DNA of 64,000 nt from a virus. Lineage: Duplodnaviria; Caudoviricetes. The notes under the pieces were generated by a model that had not been told where the DNA came from, searched no databases, and was given only the letters and a program-made list of their open reading frames with translations. A program made the position numbers and the translations under genes. Positions 29,386 through 40,085 of the stretch are shown here, piece after piece. The number at the start of each line of letters is the position of its first letter. The first letter of the stretch is position 1. Where the stretch lies: IMG/VR virus record IMGVR_UViG_3300001598_000002, positions 51,864-115,863 of that record. One strand, given 5' to 3'.

Positions 29386-32379
29386 ATGGCTACAGGAACA
29401 TATGGCGGTTCTATTACACTGGCTTCTGTATCTGATGGTTCGAGTGGCCAGACTCTATATACTTGGATTCGGTATGCTGATGATGGGCAAGGGACTCATA
29501 TGAGTCCCACGCCACTTTCAACTACGAAGTATATAGGTATTGCTAATAATAAACAATCACAAACACCATCTGAAGATTATAGAGATTATGTTTGGTCAGA
29601 ATATGTGGGTAAGGATGGCGAAGACGGCGCAGATGGACGTGGAATTAGTTCCGTTGAAATTCGTTATGCAATTGGTGATTCTGGTACTGTCGCGCCAAGT
29701 ACTGGTTGGCAAGAAGCAGTACCTGCAGTGCCACAAGGTAAATTTCTTTGGACGCGTACTGTAACAACTTATACTTCCGGAAATCCTACTACTACTTATA
29801 GCGTGAGTTTTTTTGGTACTGATGGTGATGAGACTGTTTATGATATTCAGTCTGGACATGAGAAGATTTATAAATTCTTTTCATCTATTTCGTCGAGTGT
29901 GGTATATTCACCAGAAGCAATTGCTTTTCAAGCATATAAGATTGAAGAGGGTCAAAGCATTCTGATGAATCCAAATTCTGAGTATGATACTGATATTGCA
30001 ATGGCGGGATACACAACTGACTTTGGACATATTTGGAGTTTTTTAAATAGATTAACTGGACAGAAGCAAGATGAGTCTGACGAACCAGTAAACTTATTGA
30101 CGGTTGCGCGAACGATTGGTGTAGATACTGTTCAATTTAATTTTGGAGAATTAAATTATTATTCTGTTACGGAAGAATTGGGTAATACTCAAGCAGATGT
30201 TAATCTATTTAATAAGTTTATTAAGTTATTGAATGAAGAAAATATCTACTTTATTTATAAAATATTTACATACCATTCTCATGCGTTAGAGCCAGCAAGT
30301 GGAGATTTACTTGCGATGAAAGCCATCCCTCTTGAATTTGGTACAAGTGAGGATATGGCGCGCTTTGCATTAACTGCTAATGCGATTCAAATGGCGGTTA
30401 ATAACTCTAAACTAGTATTCGATGCAACATATGGATTAACCATTCAAAATGGCGGTTTGCGCATTATTGGTATGGATGGTACTACCACTTTAATGGAGTA
30501 TGATCCTACTGGAAACGCATTGAGGATTGTTGGTAATGGTGAATTTACAGGTACAGTTCATGCAACAGAAGGCTTATTTACTGGCGATGTAAGTGCGAAC
30601 ACATTAAAAGCGCGTGGCGGCGATATTGGTGGGTTCATCATTCAAGATAATGGACTTTATTCTAAGAGTGGCGCCGATGAAACAGAAACTGGATATGACA
30701 CGGATGGTTCATTTATTAAATTATTGGGTGAAAATGGGCGTATTGATGCTGAAAATATTAATTTGGGCGTTGGCGCACACATTAATAAATATATTAAATT
30801 AGGAAGCGCATTTCTTTGGAATCCAGATGATGAGGATGCTAATGATACACTTTTAGAGGCTGGCGCAGTAAAATTAAGCCAGACCGGTGAATTAAGACTT
30901 GGACAGATTACATTGAATGGTCCTGGTTCAGAGATTTATGGTAATTCATTTTCAATTAAGCCAGATCAAGCAAACTTTAGTAACATTAATGCGTCTGGTA
31001 AAATTTCTACGGTAGTATTTGAACAAAATCACTTACAATCTGTTGGTGGTTCGATGATGTTTAAACCATCTTATAAGATTGTTGAGCAATCAAATAATAC
31101 GCTAATCCTTGATGAAGAGTTTTTGGGAAATGAAGGTAATTATGTTTATTTGGTTAAAGCAGATGGTAGTACAATTCCTGGATTAACGCAAATTGGTTTA
31201 AAGAGAGGAAATACGGTTACCGTTTCCACACAGTTACCTGCGGAGACACTAGTCAGTTTAATTGATTTAGGTGCTTATGGAGATTTAATTATTGGTATTA
31301 ACTCCAATGATGGCGAGGCAAACTATTTAAAACCACGCGGCATGACCATTTCCGAATTTTATATTAGTGGTGATGGATTGCTCGCTAAAGGCGATGTTGC
31401 TGGTACATATGTTGATGTTATAGTACGTGGAGAGGATGGAAGTGAATCATTATTTGCCTCGGATGGACGTATTGATACTTCTCAGAATCCGAAGGTCTTC
31501 TTAGGAGACTTGGATAAGTCTGGTATTAACTTTATGAGTGATGAAATCACGCATAAGGGATTTGGTCTTTACTCTGAAAACGTCTATTTAACCGGTTCTC
31601 TTACAACAAAAGTAGTTAGTAGTTCTGGTCCAACATTTGCTGGTGTCAATACATTAAATAGCGCAAGTGCAACTAAATTCATTAGTGAGTCCGGTACGGT
31701 AGATGATACATCCAAAATTGTATTCTGGGCGGGTTCTGCAAGTACAGCGAACGCAGATATTCAGCAATCTCCTTTTCAAATTACAGAACGTGGTTCCTTA
31801 TATGCGGCGCAAGGTCTTTTTGAAGGCGCGATTATTACAAAGTCCCGTATTCAAGGCGCAGATATCTATGCAGCGCGTATTCATGGTACTGGGCGCGAAG
31901 ATCATAATGATTATGGATTAGCATTTTATGATGCAGATGATGGATTAGTTTTCTATAATGGAGATACCGAAGATGAAACACCACCAGTTGAAGTTTTTTC
32001 AATTGGTACTTATGGATTAAAACGTGGTTCAAAATATTTTATTCGAGTTGATAATAATCAGGTTATTTTTGAAGGCGATGCAATTCACATTCCTGAGTGC
32101 TATACTGATACTACGCAATCATATTATTTGCATTTAGATAAAAATCAGATTTTTGGTTCACATACTGGCGATAATGATTTGGAAGAGATTCAAGCGAATA
32201 TTAAATTTAGTGAACAAAAATTGAGTATGGGACTTGGACAGAATAGTGAAGATATTGTAGTAGATGTAGATGAGATTGGATTAAGAAGTGAAGTTGTAAG
32301 GATGAATAAGACGGTATTATTTGGAGAACAATTAAAATATGAACAAGTTAGTAATGGATATAACTTATATGTATTTTAA
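29386..32379 (+). CDS. Tail fibre or spike-like structural protein
   Basis: YTWIRYADD, a short collagen stretch GKDGEDGADG, PAVPQGKFLWTRT and G.F.G beta-helix repeats. Confidence 0.7.
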   Translation: MATGTYGGSITLASVSDGSSGQTLYTWIRYADDGQGTHMSPTPLSTTKYIGIANNKQSQTPSEDYRDYVWSEYVGKDGEDGADGRGISSVEIRYAIGDSGTVAPSTGWQEAVPAVPQGKFLWTRTVTTYTSGNPTTTYSVSFFGTDGDETVYDIQSGHEKIYKFFSSISSSVVYSPEAIAFQAYKIEEGQSILMNPNSEYDTDIAMAGYTTDFGHIWSFLNRLTGQKQDESDEPVNLLTVARTIGVDTVQFNFGELNYYSVTEELGNTQADVNLFNKFIKLLNEENIYFIYKIFTYHSHALEPASGDLLAMKAIPLEFGTSEDMARFALTANAIQMAVNNSKLVFDATYGLTIQNGGLRIIGMDGTTTLMEYDPTGNALRIVGNGEFTGTVHATEGLFTGDVSANTLKARGGDIGGFIIQDNGLYSKSGADETETGYDTDGSFIKLLGENGRIDAENINLGVGAHINKYIKLGSAFLWNPDDEDANDTLLEAGAVKLSQTGELRLGQITLNGPGSEIYGNSFSIKPDQANFSNINASGKISTVVFEQNHLQSVGGSMMFKPSYKIVEQSNNTLILDEEFLGNEGNYVYLVKADGSTIPGLTQIGLKRGNTVTVSTQLPAETLVSLIDLGAYGDLIIGINSNDGEANYLKPRGMTISEFYISGDGLLAKGDVAGTYVDVIVRGEDGSESLFASDGRIDTSQNPKVFLGDLDKSGINFMSDEITHKGFGLYSENVYLTGSLTTKVVSSSGPTFAGVNTLNSASATKFISESGTVDDTSKIVFWAGSASTANADIQQSPFQITERGSLYAAQGLFEGAIITKSRIQGADIYAARIHGTGREDHNDYGLAFYDADDGLVFYNGDTEDETPPVEVFSIGTYGLKRGSKYFIRVDNNQVIFEGDAIHIPECYTDTTQSYYLHLDKNQIFGSHTGDNDLEEIQANIKFSEQKLSMGLGQNSEDIVVDVDEIGLRSEVVRMNKTVLFGEQLKYEQVSNGYNLYVF

Positions 32380-32392
32380 GGAGGGAAGATAA

Positions 32393-35300
32393 ATGGCTAC
32401 ATATGAAGCATATTTTGAATATAACAGCACCCCTGGCCTAGAACGGCAAAAGTTAAAATTAGCTTATAGTTTAAGTAGTATATCGGTTAGTGGTACTACA
32501 GCTTCTGCTACTTTAACATATACACTATCTGTTGCACGTGATAGTTATGGGCCAACTTATGGTCTTGCACAATCTGGTTGGATAAAACTAAATGGTACCG
32601 AAATTAAATCAATATCTGGCACTTGCCCCAAAATTGGAACAAGTTATGTAACAATTGCCAGTGGAACACAAAAAATAACATATAATGCTAGTACAACTTA
32701 TACTGGCAATTTAACAGCATCTTATTCTATTGGCAGCAATAATAAACTAAAAGGCTTAAAATTGCCGCCTACAACGAGTGGTACCTCATTTAAAAGTGTA
32801 AGTCACACCGGCAGTTTGACTTTTACATTAGCTAAACAAACTTCAGCCTGCTCTGCTCCAACATCAGTAAATGCGTCTGGATATATATCTCCTTCTGGCT
32901 CATTTACTGTTTCTTGGTCGGGGGCTAATGGTGGTATAAATAATAGTATTTCAAGTTACCAAATTTATTGGCGCGTGACATCTAATGGCGCGGCGCCTAC
33001 AACATCAACATATACAGGAACCAAAAACGTAACCTCTACCTCATCTTCTGGTTCAACAACTATTACACTTTCATCTGCAACTCGAGGATATAAAGTGGTT
33101 TGTGGAGTTGTTACACGAGGATCGGCAGGTTCAAGTTATTACTCTGGGATTAAAACTGGTGGATCAGTTACGATAAACCATCTTCCAAATGTGCCTACTG
33201 TCTCTGCTAGTACTACACGAATTCCTTCTACTGGCACAACAGTTAAATTTACAGTTAGCGCCGGTTCAGATAGTGATGGACAATCATGCACCTTATATTA
33301 TGCAACATCGAGTTCTGGAACTAAAACCAAATTTGTTTCTCCATTATCTAAAACTGTCACTTCTGCTTCTACTTATTATTTTTATACATATGATGGTATT
33401 GAATATAGTTCGGCCACAAGTGTTTCACTTTCTTTAAATACAAAACCTTCTATTACTTCTGTTACCGCCCATTCTCTCTTTTCTTATAACGCCCATGGAG
33501 GCGATGGCAAATCTGGGTATCAATATGGATATGCATATGCAGTTACTCCAAAAATTTCTGTTAATAAGACCGGCACATTAATGGTCACAGCAGAATTAGA
33601 ATATTGGAACGATACTTCTTCTCAATTTGCCAAAGATTATGATTATAGTTTTCCAAATTATTCCATGACCTCAACTTCTAATGTTGTATTAAATAACTAT
33701 GACCTTCATACTGCTGCAGTTGCCAAAGTGGCTGAGTCAACTCGTCAATCCTATGACGTGCGCTGGAGATTAAAATTTGTTTTAAGTGATGACTCAGAAC
33801 AAAGTGATGCAGTTTATTGGCCTTCGAGTGGATACTATTATACGATTGCAAAACCGCCTACTTTAACTGCTTCTTATAACCAATTTGCAGATTCTAATAT
33901 TACTGGTACTAATACTGGCCAAGTCTGGCGCCAAGTTCGCATGAAATTCTATAATGATACTTCTGTTACGACTGTTTCAGTCGCGGCAACTGCTGGCGGA
34001 ATTGCCGTTTCTCCAACTTCAACTACATCAGTTAATGGTAATTACCGATATGTAGATGTAACTCTTCCAGATAATATTGCTGGTAGTTCTGCGATTGTAA
34101 TTACTGCTTCGCTTACAAATACATCTGCTTCTATCACAAAAAAAGTAACTTGTAATGTAACTGAATCTCCTGCGCCGACTATGGGGAGTATTACTCATGG
34201 AGCATCGACTATTTATCCATTTACTGAAACTGGTACTTATCAAGTTTCAACTGTGTGGCCATTTGGTAGTTATTCTACCGTAGATAGTACGACTCTTCGT
34301 GCATATAACTGTAGCACAACTACATCAGATGTAATTAAATTTGTTCATGCAAGTAATACATCTGGTGCGAATCAAGTTGTAAAAACACTTACTTGGGCGA
34401 AGTCTGGTGATAATTTCGCGGCGACGATGGATCGAGCAACGGCTTATGGATGGAATCATGAATTGGGATATACTACTTATGTAGGAAGTCAGACTTATTA
34501 CTGTCAGTTACAGATTACCAATTTATTTGGTAAGACATTTACTTCAGGTTGGTTGAGTAGAACATTTAATTTTAATGAATTAGCGCAAACACCAACTATT
34601 TCAACCGTCCAGTGGGCGCAAACAAATACTGCATCTACCTCATGGACCACATTCCGAACTGGTGCAAGTGGTGACGCAATTCAAGAGTCGCTTTATTTGC
34701 GATTTGGACTTAATTTTGGATTGTTCACAGAAGATAAAATTACTGTAAATTTAAGGCTTACGAACGATGCTGGTACAAATACTGTATTAACCCAAGAGTT
34801 CCAAGCAAGCGAATTATCGCGCGCGACTGGTAGAACAGCGGCATCGAACACGGTTTACCTTGTGTATGGACCGGTTAGCAATATTTCTACATCTAATAAC
34901 CGTAAATGGGCATTCCAAGTTACAACCACACGAGGTACTGCCACATCTGCAGAAATCACGATGCGCGCGCAAAAACAAACCGCGCCGGCTATAAATTTCT
35001 TAGTGTGCTCTACTACTCAAGATTATGACTTAACTTATCAGTTTACACAAACCGATACTGGCGGTGGAACAATTACCAATTATCTCTATGGTGAAGGGGC
35101 TAATTTATCTGGTGTGATTACCAATACGTCTGGTACTGTACATTCGCTTGTAACTGGTTGGGATGTAAAATCAATTTGTATCAAATCGGTTTCAACTGTA
35201 ACAGGCCTTATTACACGAACAGTTAATTATTATTCAAACTACATTATTGTTTATCAGTTAAGTCCCACAGTCGCGTATCGAAAGAACCAATTAGGTGTTA

Positions 35301-35497
35301 ATACAAATGCACCGACATCCGGCGCGGCAGTTGATATTCATCAATCTACTGGTGCAGATTCAATCCTATTCCAAGGGCGCGATGCAAATGGTAATACTGT
35401 TAAATTTGATATGAATATTTTAAATGGTACAATTAAATTCTATGTGAATGGAACTGTAAAGCATACGCTTGATATGGTAAATGGTACATTAATATAA
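32393..35497 (+). CDS. Ser/Thr-rich Ig/FN3-like tail structural protein
   Basis: 1034 aa, beta-rich. FN3-like APTSV...VSWSGA...SYQIYW. Confidence 0.65.
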   Translation: MATYEAYFEYNSTPGLERQKLKLAYSLSSISVSGTTASATLTYTLSVARDSYGPTYGLAQSGWIKLNGTEIKSISGTCPKIGTSYVTIASGTQKITYNASTTYTGNLTASYSIGSNNKLKGLKLPPTTSGTSFKSVSHTGSLTFTLAKQTSACSAPTSVNASGYISPSGSFTVSWSGANGGINNSISSYQIYWRVTSNGAAPTTSTYTGTKNVTSTSSSGSTTITLSSATRGYKVVCGVVTRGSAGSSYYSGIKTGGSVTINHLPNVPTVSASTTRIPSTGTTVKFTVSAGSDSDGQSCTLYYATSSSGTKTKFVSPLSKTVTSASTYYFYTYDGIEYSSATSVSLSLNTKPSITSVTAHSLFSYNAHGGDGKSGYQYGYAYAVTPKISVNKTGTLMVTAELEYWNDTSSQFAKDYDYSFPNYSMTSTSNVVLNNYDLHTAAVAKVAESTRQSYDVRWRLKFVLSDDSEQSDAVYWPSSGYYYTIAKPPTLTASYNQFADSNITGTNTGQVWRQVRMKFYNDTSVTTVSVAATAGGIAVSPTSTTSVNGNYRYVDVTLPDNIAGSSAIVITASLTNTSASITKKVTCNVTESPAPTMGSITHGASTIYPFTETGTYQVSTVWPFGSYSTVDSTTLRAYNCSTTTSDVIKFVHASNTSGANQVVKTLTWAKSGDNFAATMDRATAYGWNHELGYTTYVGSQTYYCQLQITNLFGKTFTSGWLSRTFNFNELAQTPTISTVQWAQTNTASTSWTTFRTGASGDAIQESLYLRFGLNFGLFTEDKITVNLRLTNDAGTNTVLTQEFQASELSRATGRTAASNTVYLVYGPVSNISTSNNRKWAFQVTTTRGTATSAEITMRAQKQTAPAINFLVCSTTQDYDLTYQFTQTDTGGGTITNYLYGEGANLSGVITNTSGTVHSLVTGWDVKSICIKSVSTVTGLITRTVNYYSNYIIVYQLSPTVAYRKNQLGVNTNAPTSGAAVDIHQSTGADSILFQGRDANGNTVKFDMNILNGTIKFYVNGTVKHTLDMVNGTLI

Positions 35498-35512
35498 GAT
35501 ACTGGTGTTGAA

Positions 35513-35551
35513 ATGTTTCGCGCGAAGGCTTGGACTTTCGCGCGAGGCATT
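35513..35551 (+). terminator. Hairpin or terminator
   Basis: AATGTTTCGCGCGAAG ... TTTCGCGCGAGGCATT inverted repeat after 32393..35497. Confidence 0.6.
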
Positions 35552-35625
35552 AAAAACATGGAGTTTATAAAGAAAAAAATAACTTATATATAGATAGGAC
35601 AAACCTATCTAAGGAGGAATAAAGA

Positions 35626-37179
35626 ATGGCTGAAAGGACTCGGTTAGATTTTACAGGGCCAGAGATTGATGATATTCTTGAAGGTATTGAGTCTCATGTG
35701 TCTTTTGCAATTGAACAAGAAACTGATGCCACACAAAAGGCACGAGCGCGAACTAACATCGGCGCGCAAGGCGAAGTTGATGCTGTTGAGACAGTAGAAC
35801 AAGATCGTACTGATGCAGAAAGGACACGCGCACGAACTAATATTGGCGCAGTTGCACCAGATGCCATTAATGAAGTGGCACAAACCAGCAGGGAGTTAGA
35901 TAATACATTAAATAATAAAATTGATTTTACTCAAGCACAGGAATTAAGTGCCGAGCAACATCGACAAGTTCAAGAGAATTTGGGGTTAAATATTAAAGAG
36001 AAGACTTCTAAAATGATTTTACCAGTAGGTAGAGATAGTAGTGGTAAGCTTTGGACTTATGATATGTCTAAACCATTAAACCCAGATACATGGGAAGATG
36101 TTGGTAAGATTCTTGAGAGAGGTCTGGCATCAGAATATTGGGAACCTGGTGACCAGTTAAAAGTAAAGAAGACTATTGGTTCTACTACTGAGGAATTAAT
36201 TTTTGATATTCTTGGATTTGATTATGATACACCTATTGATGCGAATATTAAGCACACGATGAGCCTGGCAATGCATAGCGTCTATAGTTATAATGAAATT
36301 CCTTTTGACCCGGTAGAAGCTACTTTCTATTTTGCAAATGGGTTGCCTGCAGGCACCTATACCTATAAGTATAATGGTACTGACTATTCCTTTACGTTAA
36401 CAACTGGATGGAGTCCCAATACGCAAGTTACTGGTTCTACTGCTCAGTTGACACCTTATATTAAAGGCGCACTTAATGCTTCTGGCGAAGAAACGCCAAC
36501 CGCGGCTGCGGGTACAGAAGGAACTTCTTTAGGTACTGCTGTAAATAATACTGGTAGTTCTACAACTCTTACAATTAATGGTGTTAATTATCCTGTCGAA
36601 ATGAATGCATGTTATAGAGTCTCTTATGGGTCAAATAGATGGGAAACTTCAAGTGATCGTCAATACTTAAATAGTAATGCTGCGGGCGCTGCTTCTGGTC
36701 AGATTGCTAGTTGGTGGACACCTCAAACTGGATTTGATAGACCCACTAAATCCACTAAACCAGGTTTCCTTTATGGTATTGAACAAGGATTTTTAGATTT
36801 ACTTGTAGATGTAAAGAAAAGAACTCGTTTATTTAATGCGGGTGATGTTACTGGAACATATAAAGATAGTGACGAAAAGGTATTTTTCCTTTCACAGACA
36901 GAAGTCAATTTAAATATGGAAGGTAATGTAAGAGAGAATTCATTTGGTACTGACAGAACTTTTACAAATGTACTTACTACACCTTACCCTTTATATGTCG
37001 GAGCTGGAAATGCTGATAGAATTAAGTACCAAGGATCTACTGCAAGATATTGGTGGCTTCGTGGTCCTTATCCGTCTAGCGCTCGCACTGTTCGTGGTGT
37101 CAATACGGATGGTAGTTTGGGCAGCGGCTATGCCAGCGGTTCCGGTGGCGTTGTCCCGGCCCTGTGCGTAGGACGCTAA
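35626..37179 (+). CDS. DGR target protein 1 (receptor-binding; C-terminal C-type-lectin-like/DUF6273-type domain carrying VR1)
   Basis: Ends YWWLRGP...GGVVPALCVG. The 3' end matches the TR. N-terminal Q..ARTNIGA repeats. Confidence 0.88.
   Translation: MAERTRLDFTGPEIDDILEGIESHVSFAIEQETDATQKARARTNIGAQGEVDAVETVEQDRTDAERTRARTNIGAVAPDAINEVAQTSRELDNTLNNKIDFTQAQELSAEQHRQVQENLGLNIKEKTSKMILPVGRDSSGKLWTYDMSKPLNPDTWEDVGKILERGLASEYWEPGDQLKVKKTIGSTTEELIFDILGFDYDTPIDANIKHTMSLAMHSVYSYNEIPFDPVEATFYFANGLPAGTYTYKYNGTDYSFTLTTGWSPNTQVTGSTAQLTPYIKGALNASGEETPTAAAGTEGTSLGTAVNNTGSSTTLTINGVNYPVEMNACYRVSYGSNRWETSSDRQYLNSNAAGAASGQIASWWTPQTGFDRPTKSTKPGFLYGIEQGFLDLLVDVKKRTRLFNAGDVTGTYKDSDEKVFFLSQTEVNLNMEGNVRENSFGTDRTFTNVLTTPYPLYVGAGNADRIKYQGSTARYWWLRGPYPSSARTVRGVNTDGSLGSGYASGSGGVVPALCVGR
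37063..37159 (+). repeat. DGR variable repeat VR1
   Basis: 97 nt, 89/97 identical to the repeat at 40086-40182. Confidence 0.92.
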
Positions 37180-37309
37180 TGTTAATGAGTTCGCTTTAAA
37201 ATTTCGCTTTATCACTAAAATCACCAAAAATTTTGAGGAGTCTTTTTACTTCTCTACTTAATAATAGAACGGGTAAAGACTCCTCTAATTCTTATATAGG
37301 AGGCATATA

Positions 37310-39127
37310 ATGGCAGAATATGTATTAGCCATGACCGGTGAAGCAGTTAATGCCGCACTTACTAAGGCACAAACTGACGTTTCATTTAGTCAAGCGCAGT
37401 CATTAACCGATGCGCAAAAAGCAATTGCACGAAATAATATCGGTGCAATGGAAACTAAATCAGTTGTTGAATATACTACTCAATCCTTAAACGATCAGCA
37501 AAAACAAGTTGCTCGTCAAAATATTGGTGCAGGCAGTGCAACAGACGTTACTACTCTTGGCACCACAGTAAGTAATCTTCAAACCGCTTCTGGTCATAAA
37601 CTTGATTATACACAAACACAGACTTTAACGGATGCTCAAAAAACTCAAACTCGTCAGAATATTGGACTAAATCCAGTTGCTTCTGATGTATCTATGACAA
37701 TGCCAGTTGGTATTGATGCCAATGGACAATTATGGGCAGAATCTCTTGAAGAACCAGATATTACGAATTGGGCACAAGTCGCACAAATTATTAAGTCTGG
37801 CGCAGCATCCAAATTTTTTGAAGCAGGTGATCAGTTTGTTGTTAACAAGGCAACTTCTGTAACTGCTGCAGTTAAGGGTAATATTACTGGCGCGACAGTA
37901 AGTCTACCAACATTTATTACTCAAATGAATGAAGCTGAAGCTAAGTCTTATACTTTTTCATTTATTAATGGTCAATGGGTTTATAATGGTAATGCAGTTA
38001 TATTAAGTGATTACGGTATTACTGTTACTGGTACTCCTGCAAGTTTAGATACAATTGTTATTACAGAAACAATTGAAAAAATTACTTTTGACGTATTAGA
38101 TTTTGATTATGATACACCTGTCACCGAAGGAATTAATCATACAATGAGTTTGCTTGCTCATGATGTATATAGTTATAGCGAAATTCCTTTTGATGCAAGT
38201 GAAGCATTATTTTATGTAGATCCAGAAACTTATCCAAGTGGATTACCAGTTGGAACTTATCATGTAACACTTGACCATGGTACATATGGTGAGAGCACTG
38301 CTCAAGATGGTACATATCAATTTACTACAACTCAAATTGTTCCTGCTGGCGGATTAATTCGTCATACTACGATGGGTGTTTATCAATCTAGCAGTTATAC
38401 AAAGGCACAGATTACTGGCGGTAAATTTGTTACTTATAATACTGAATATACTCAACTTGAATCGTTAACTACTACAGAAGGTTCTGGCGGTACTTCATTA
38501 GGCACGACTACTGCGCGTAGGCAATCTTATCGTACTAATGAATTATTGAATTTTACCGAAAGGAATGCTTATGGTTCCAATAACTGGTTAAATTCAAGCG
38601 ATCGTCAGTATTTGAATTCTGACGCGGCTGGTGCTGCATCTGGCGCAATTGCAAGTTGGTGGACTTCTAAAAATATTTGGGATATGCCAGTTAAGTCTAC
38701 TAAACCTGGTTTCTTATATGGCTTAGATCCATCTTTCCGTGCAATTCTTCAAACTGTTAAAAAGAGAAATAGATTAACACTTGCAGATTATGGTAGTAGT
38801 TCTGTTAAGCATATTGATAATGATGAAAGAGTTTTCTTTGTATCTCAAACAGAAGTTAATTTAACTCGCGAAGATAGTGTATATGAGAACTCTTTTGGAA
38901 CTGATAAGACATTTACTACTATTAAGACTACTCCTTATGCACTTTATGCATCTGCTGGAAACGCTGATAGAATTAAGTATCAGAATGGAACGGCTCGTTA
39001 TTGGTGGCCTCGTGGTCCTCGTCCGTCTTACGCTGGCCGTGTTCGTCTTGTATATACGGATGGTAGTTTGGACTACAACAATGCCAGCGATTCCAGTGGC
39101 GTTGTCCCGGCCCTGTGCGTAGGATAA
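37310..39127 (+). CDS. DGR target protein 2 (paralogue of target 1, carrying VR2)
   Basis: Same C-terminal domain (SSDRQYLNS.AAGAASG.IASWWT, KSTKPGFLYG). Three QSLTDAQK..RQNIG repeats. Confidence 0.88.
   Translation: MAEYVLAMTGEAVNAALTKAQTDVSFSQAQSLTDAQKAIARNNIGAMETKSVVEYTTQSLNDQQKQVARQNIGAGSATDVTTLGTTVSNLQTASGHKLDYTQTQTLTDAQKTQTRQNIGLNPVASDVSMTMPVGIDANGQLWAESLEEPDITNWAQVAQIIKSGAASKFFEAGDQFVVNKATSVTAAVKGNITGATVSLPTFITQMNEAEAKSYTFSFINGQWVYNGNAVILSDYGITVTGTPASLDTIVITETIEKITFDVLDFDYDTPVTEGINHTMSLLAHDVYSYSEIPFDASEALFYVDPETYPSGLPVGTYHVTLDHGTYGESTAQDGTYQFTTTQIVPAGGLIRHTTMGVYQSSSYTKAQITGGKFVTYNTEYTQLESLTTTEGSGGTSLGTTTARRQSYRTNELLNFTERNAYGSNNWLNSSDRQYLNSDAAGAASGAIASWWTSKNIWDMPVKSTKPGFLYGLDPSFRAILQTVKKRNRLTLADYGSSSVKHIDNDERVFFVSQTEVNLTREDSVYENSFGTDKTFTTIKTTPYALYASAGNADRIKYQNGTARYWWPRGPRPSYAGRVRLVYTDGSLDYNNASDSSGVVPALCVG
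39014..39110 (+). repeat. DGR variable repeat VR2
   Basis: 97 nt, 78/97 identical to the repeat at 40086-40182. Confidence 0.92.
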
Positions 39128-39164
39128 GTTCGCTTGATAAGTTTGCTTTAAAATTTCGCTTAGT

Positions 39165-39650
39165 ATGGAGGAATTACAAATGATTTATATTTCCCAAAAA
39201 GAAAAAATCCGTAGCCTCCAACGTGAAAATGAGGCTCTCCGTGCCAAAGCTACTGACACGGAGTTAGCCTCCAATATTACATTTGTTACTCTTGCAGAAA
39301 ATGGCGCGATTGATGAAGTCACGGCTACAGAACACTTAAGTGTATTTGCTGCTTGGGAACCAGGTGTAGCATATTCCGTTGGTATGCTTCGTAAATATGA
39401 AGATGTTTTATATAAATGTGTTCAAGCACACACTTCACAGATTGATTGGTCACCAGATAAAACCCCTGCATTATGGGCGAAAGCCGGTGATCCTGCGGTT
39501 GAATATCCTGAATGGTCTCAACCTATTGGCGCACAAGATGCTTACATGACCGGAGATAAAGTGTCTCATTCCAACAAGCATTGGGTATCTACTGTTGATA
39601 ATAACGTGTGGGAACCTGGTGTTTATGGATGGGAAGAAGTAACTGAATGA
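39165..39650 (+). CDS. Carbohydrate-binding module protein (CBM5/12, ChiC-BD-like)
   Basis: AWEPGVAYSVG...YKCVQAHTSQ.DW.P...PALW and AY..GDKVSH..KHWVS..DNNVWEPGVYGW. Confidence 0.8.
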   Translation: MEELQMIYISQKEKIRSLQRENEALRAKATDTELASNITFVTLAENGAIDEVTATEHLSVFAAWEPGVAYSVGMLRKYEDVLYKCVQAHTSQIDWSPDKTPALWAKAGDPAVEYPEWSQPIGAQDAYMTGDKVSHSNKHWVSTVDNNVWEPGVYGWEEVTE

Positions 39651-40063
39651 GCGTCCGTTCTGGAGATCGCTCCCAAGGTCATGTACAAGTTTTAAATTCA
39701 ATGCGCATATTGGAAGAATATACATTTCAAATTTGCATGAATGAAAATATTTTTCCTAATGAAATTGGTTTAGTATTTGCTTTGCAAATATTAGATAAAT
39801 GTTTGGATGCTGGTGCGGAGTTAGCAGATGCTTTTCATACAAATCCAATCTTGCCGGACGATTTGCTTACAAGGCGGGCGCACCAGACCGAATGTCATTC
39901 ACACCTAAATTCTTTACTTCATTTAATCGAAAATGCTTGGAAAGCATGCCATATTCCGTCACGGCGGATCGAATATTGGACCGGTTTGGTTGTTGTAACC
40001 GAGAAGAATTTAGATGTTTGGATAGCTTCAGACTTAAGGCGATATAGACGCCTAACAAAATAA
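39647..40063 (+). CDS. avd: DGR accessory variability determinant (Avd-like four-helix bundle)
   Basis: 138 aa directly upstream of TR and RT. MSV...YT..IC.NE..FP and RR..Q...IEYWTGLV...W..SD..RY pattern of Bacillota Avd proteins. Confidence 0.8.
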   Translation: MSVRSGDRSQGHVQVLNSMRILEEYTFQICMNENIFPNEIGLVFALQILDKCLDAGAELADAFHTNPILPDDLLTRRAHQTECHSHLNSLLHLIENAWKACHIPSRRIEYWTGLVVVTEKNLDVWIASDLRRYRRLTK

Positions 40064-40085
40064 TAAGTCTTCAGATATTTACTAC

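Noticed and set aside
36944-39122. Similar alternate-frame ORFs 36944..37171 and 38877..39122
   Set aside because: By-products of VR1/VR2 similarity in another frame, not separate genes.
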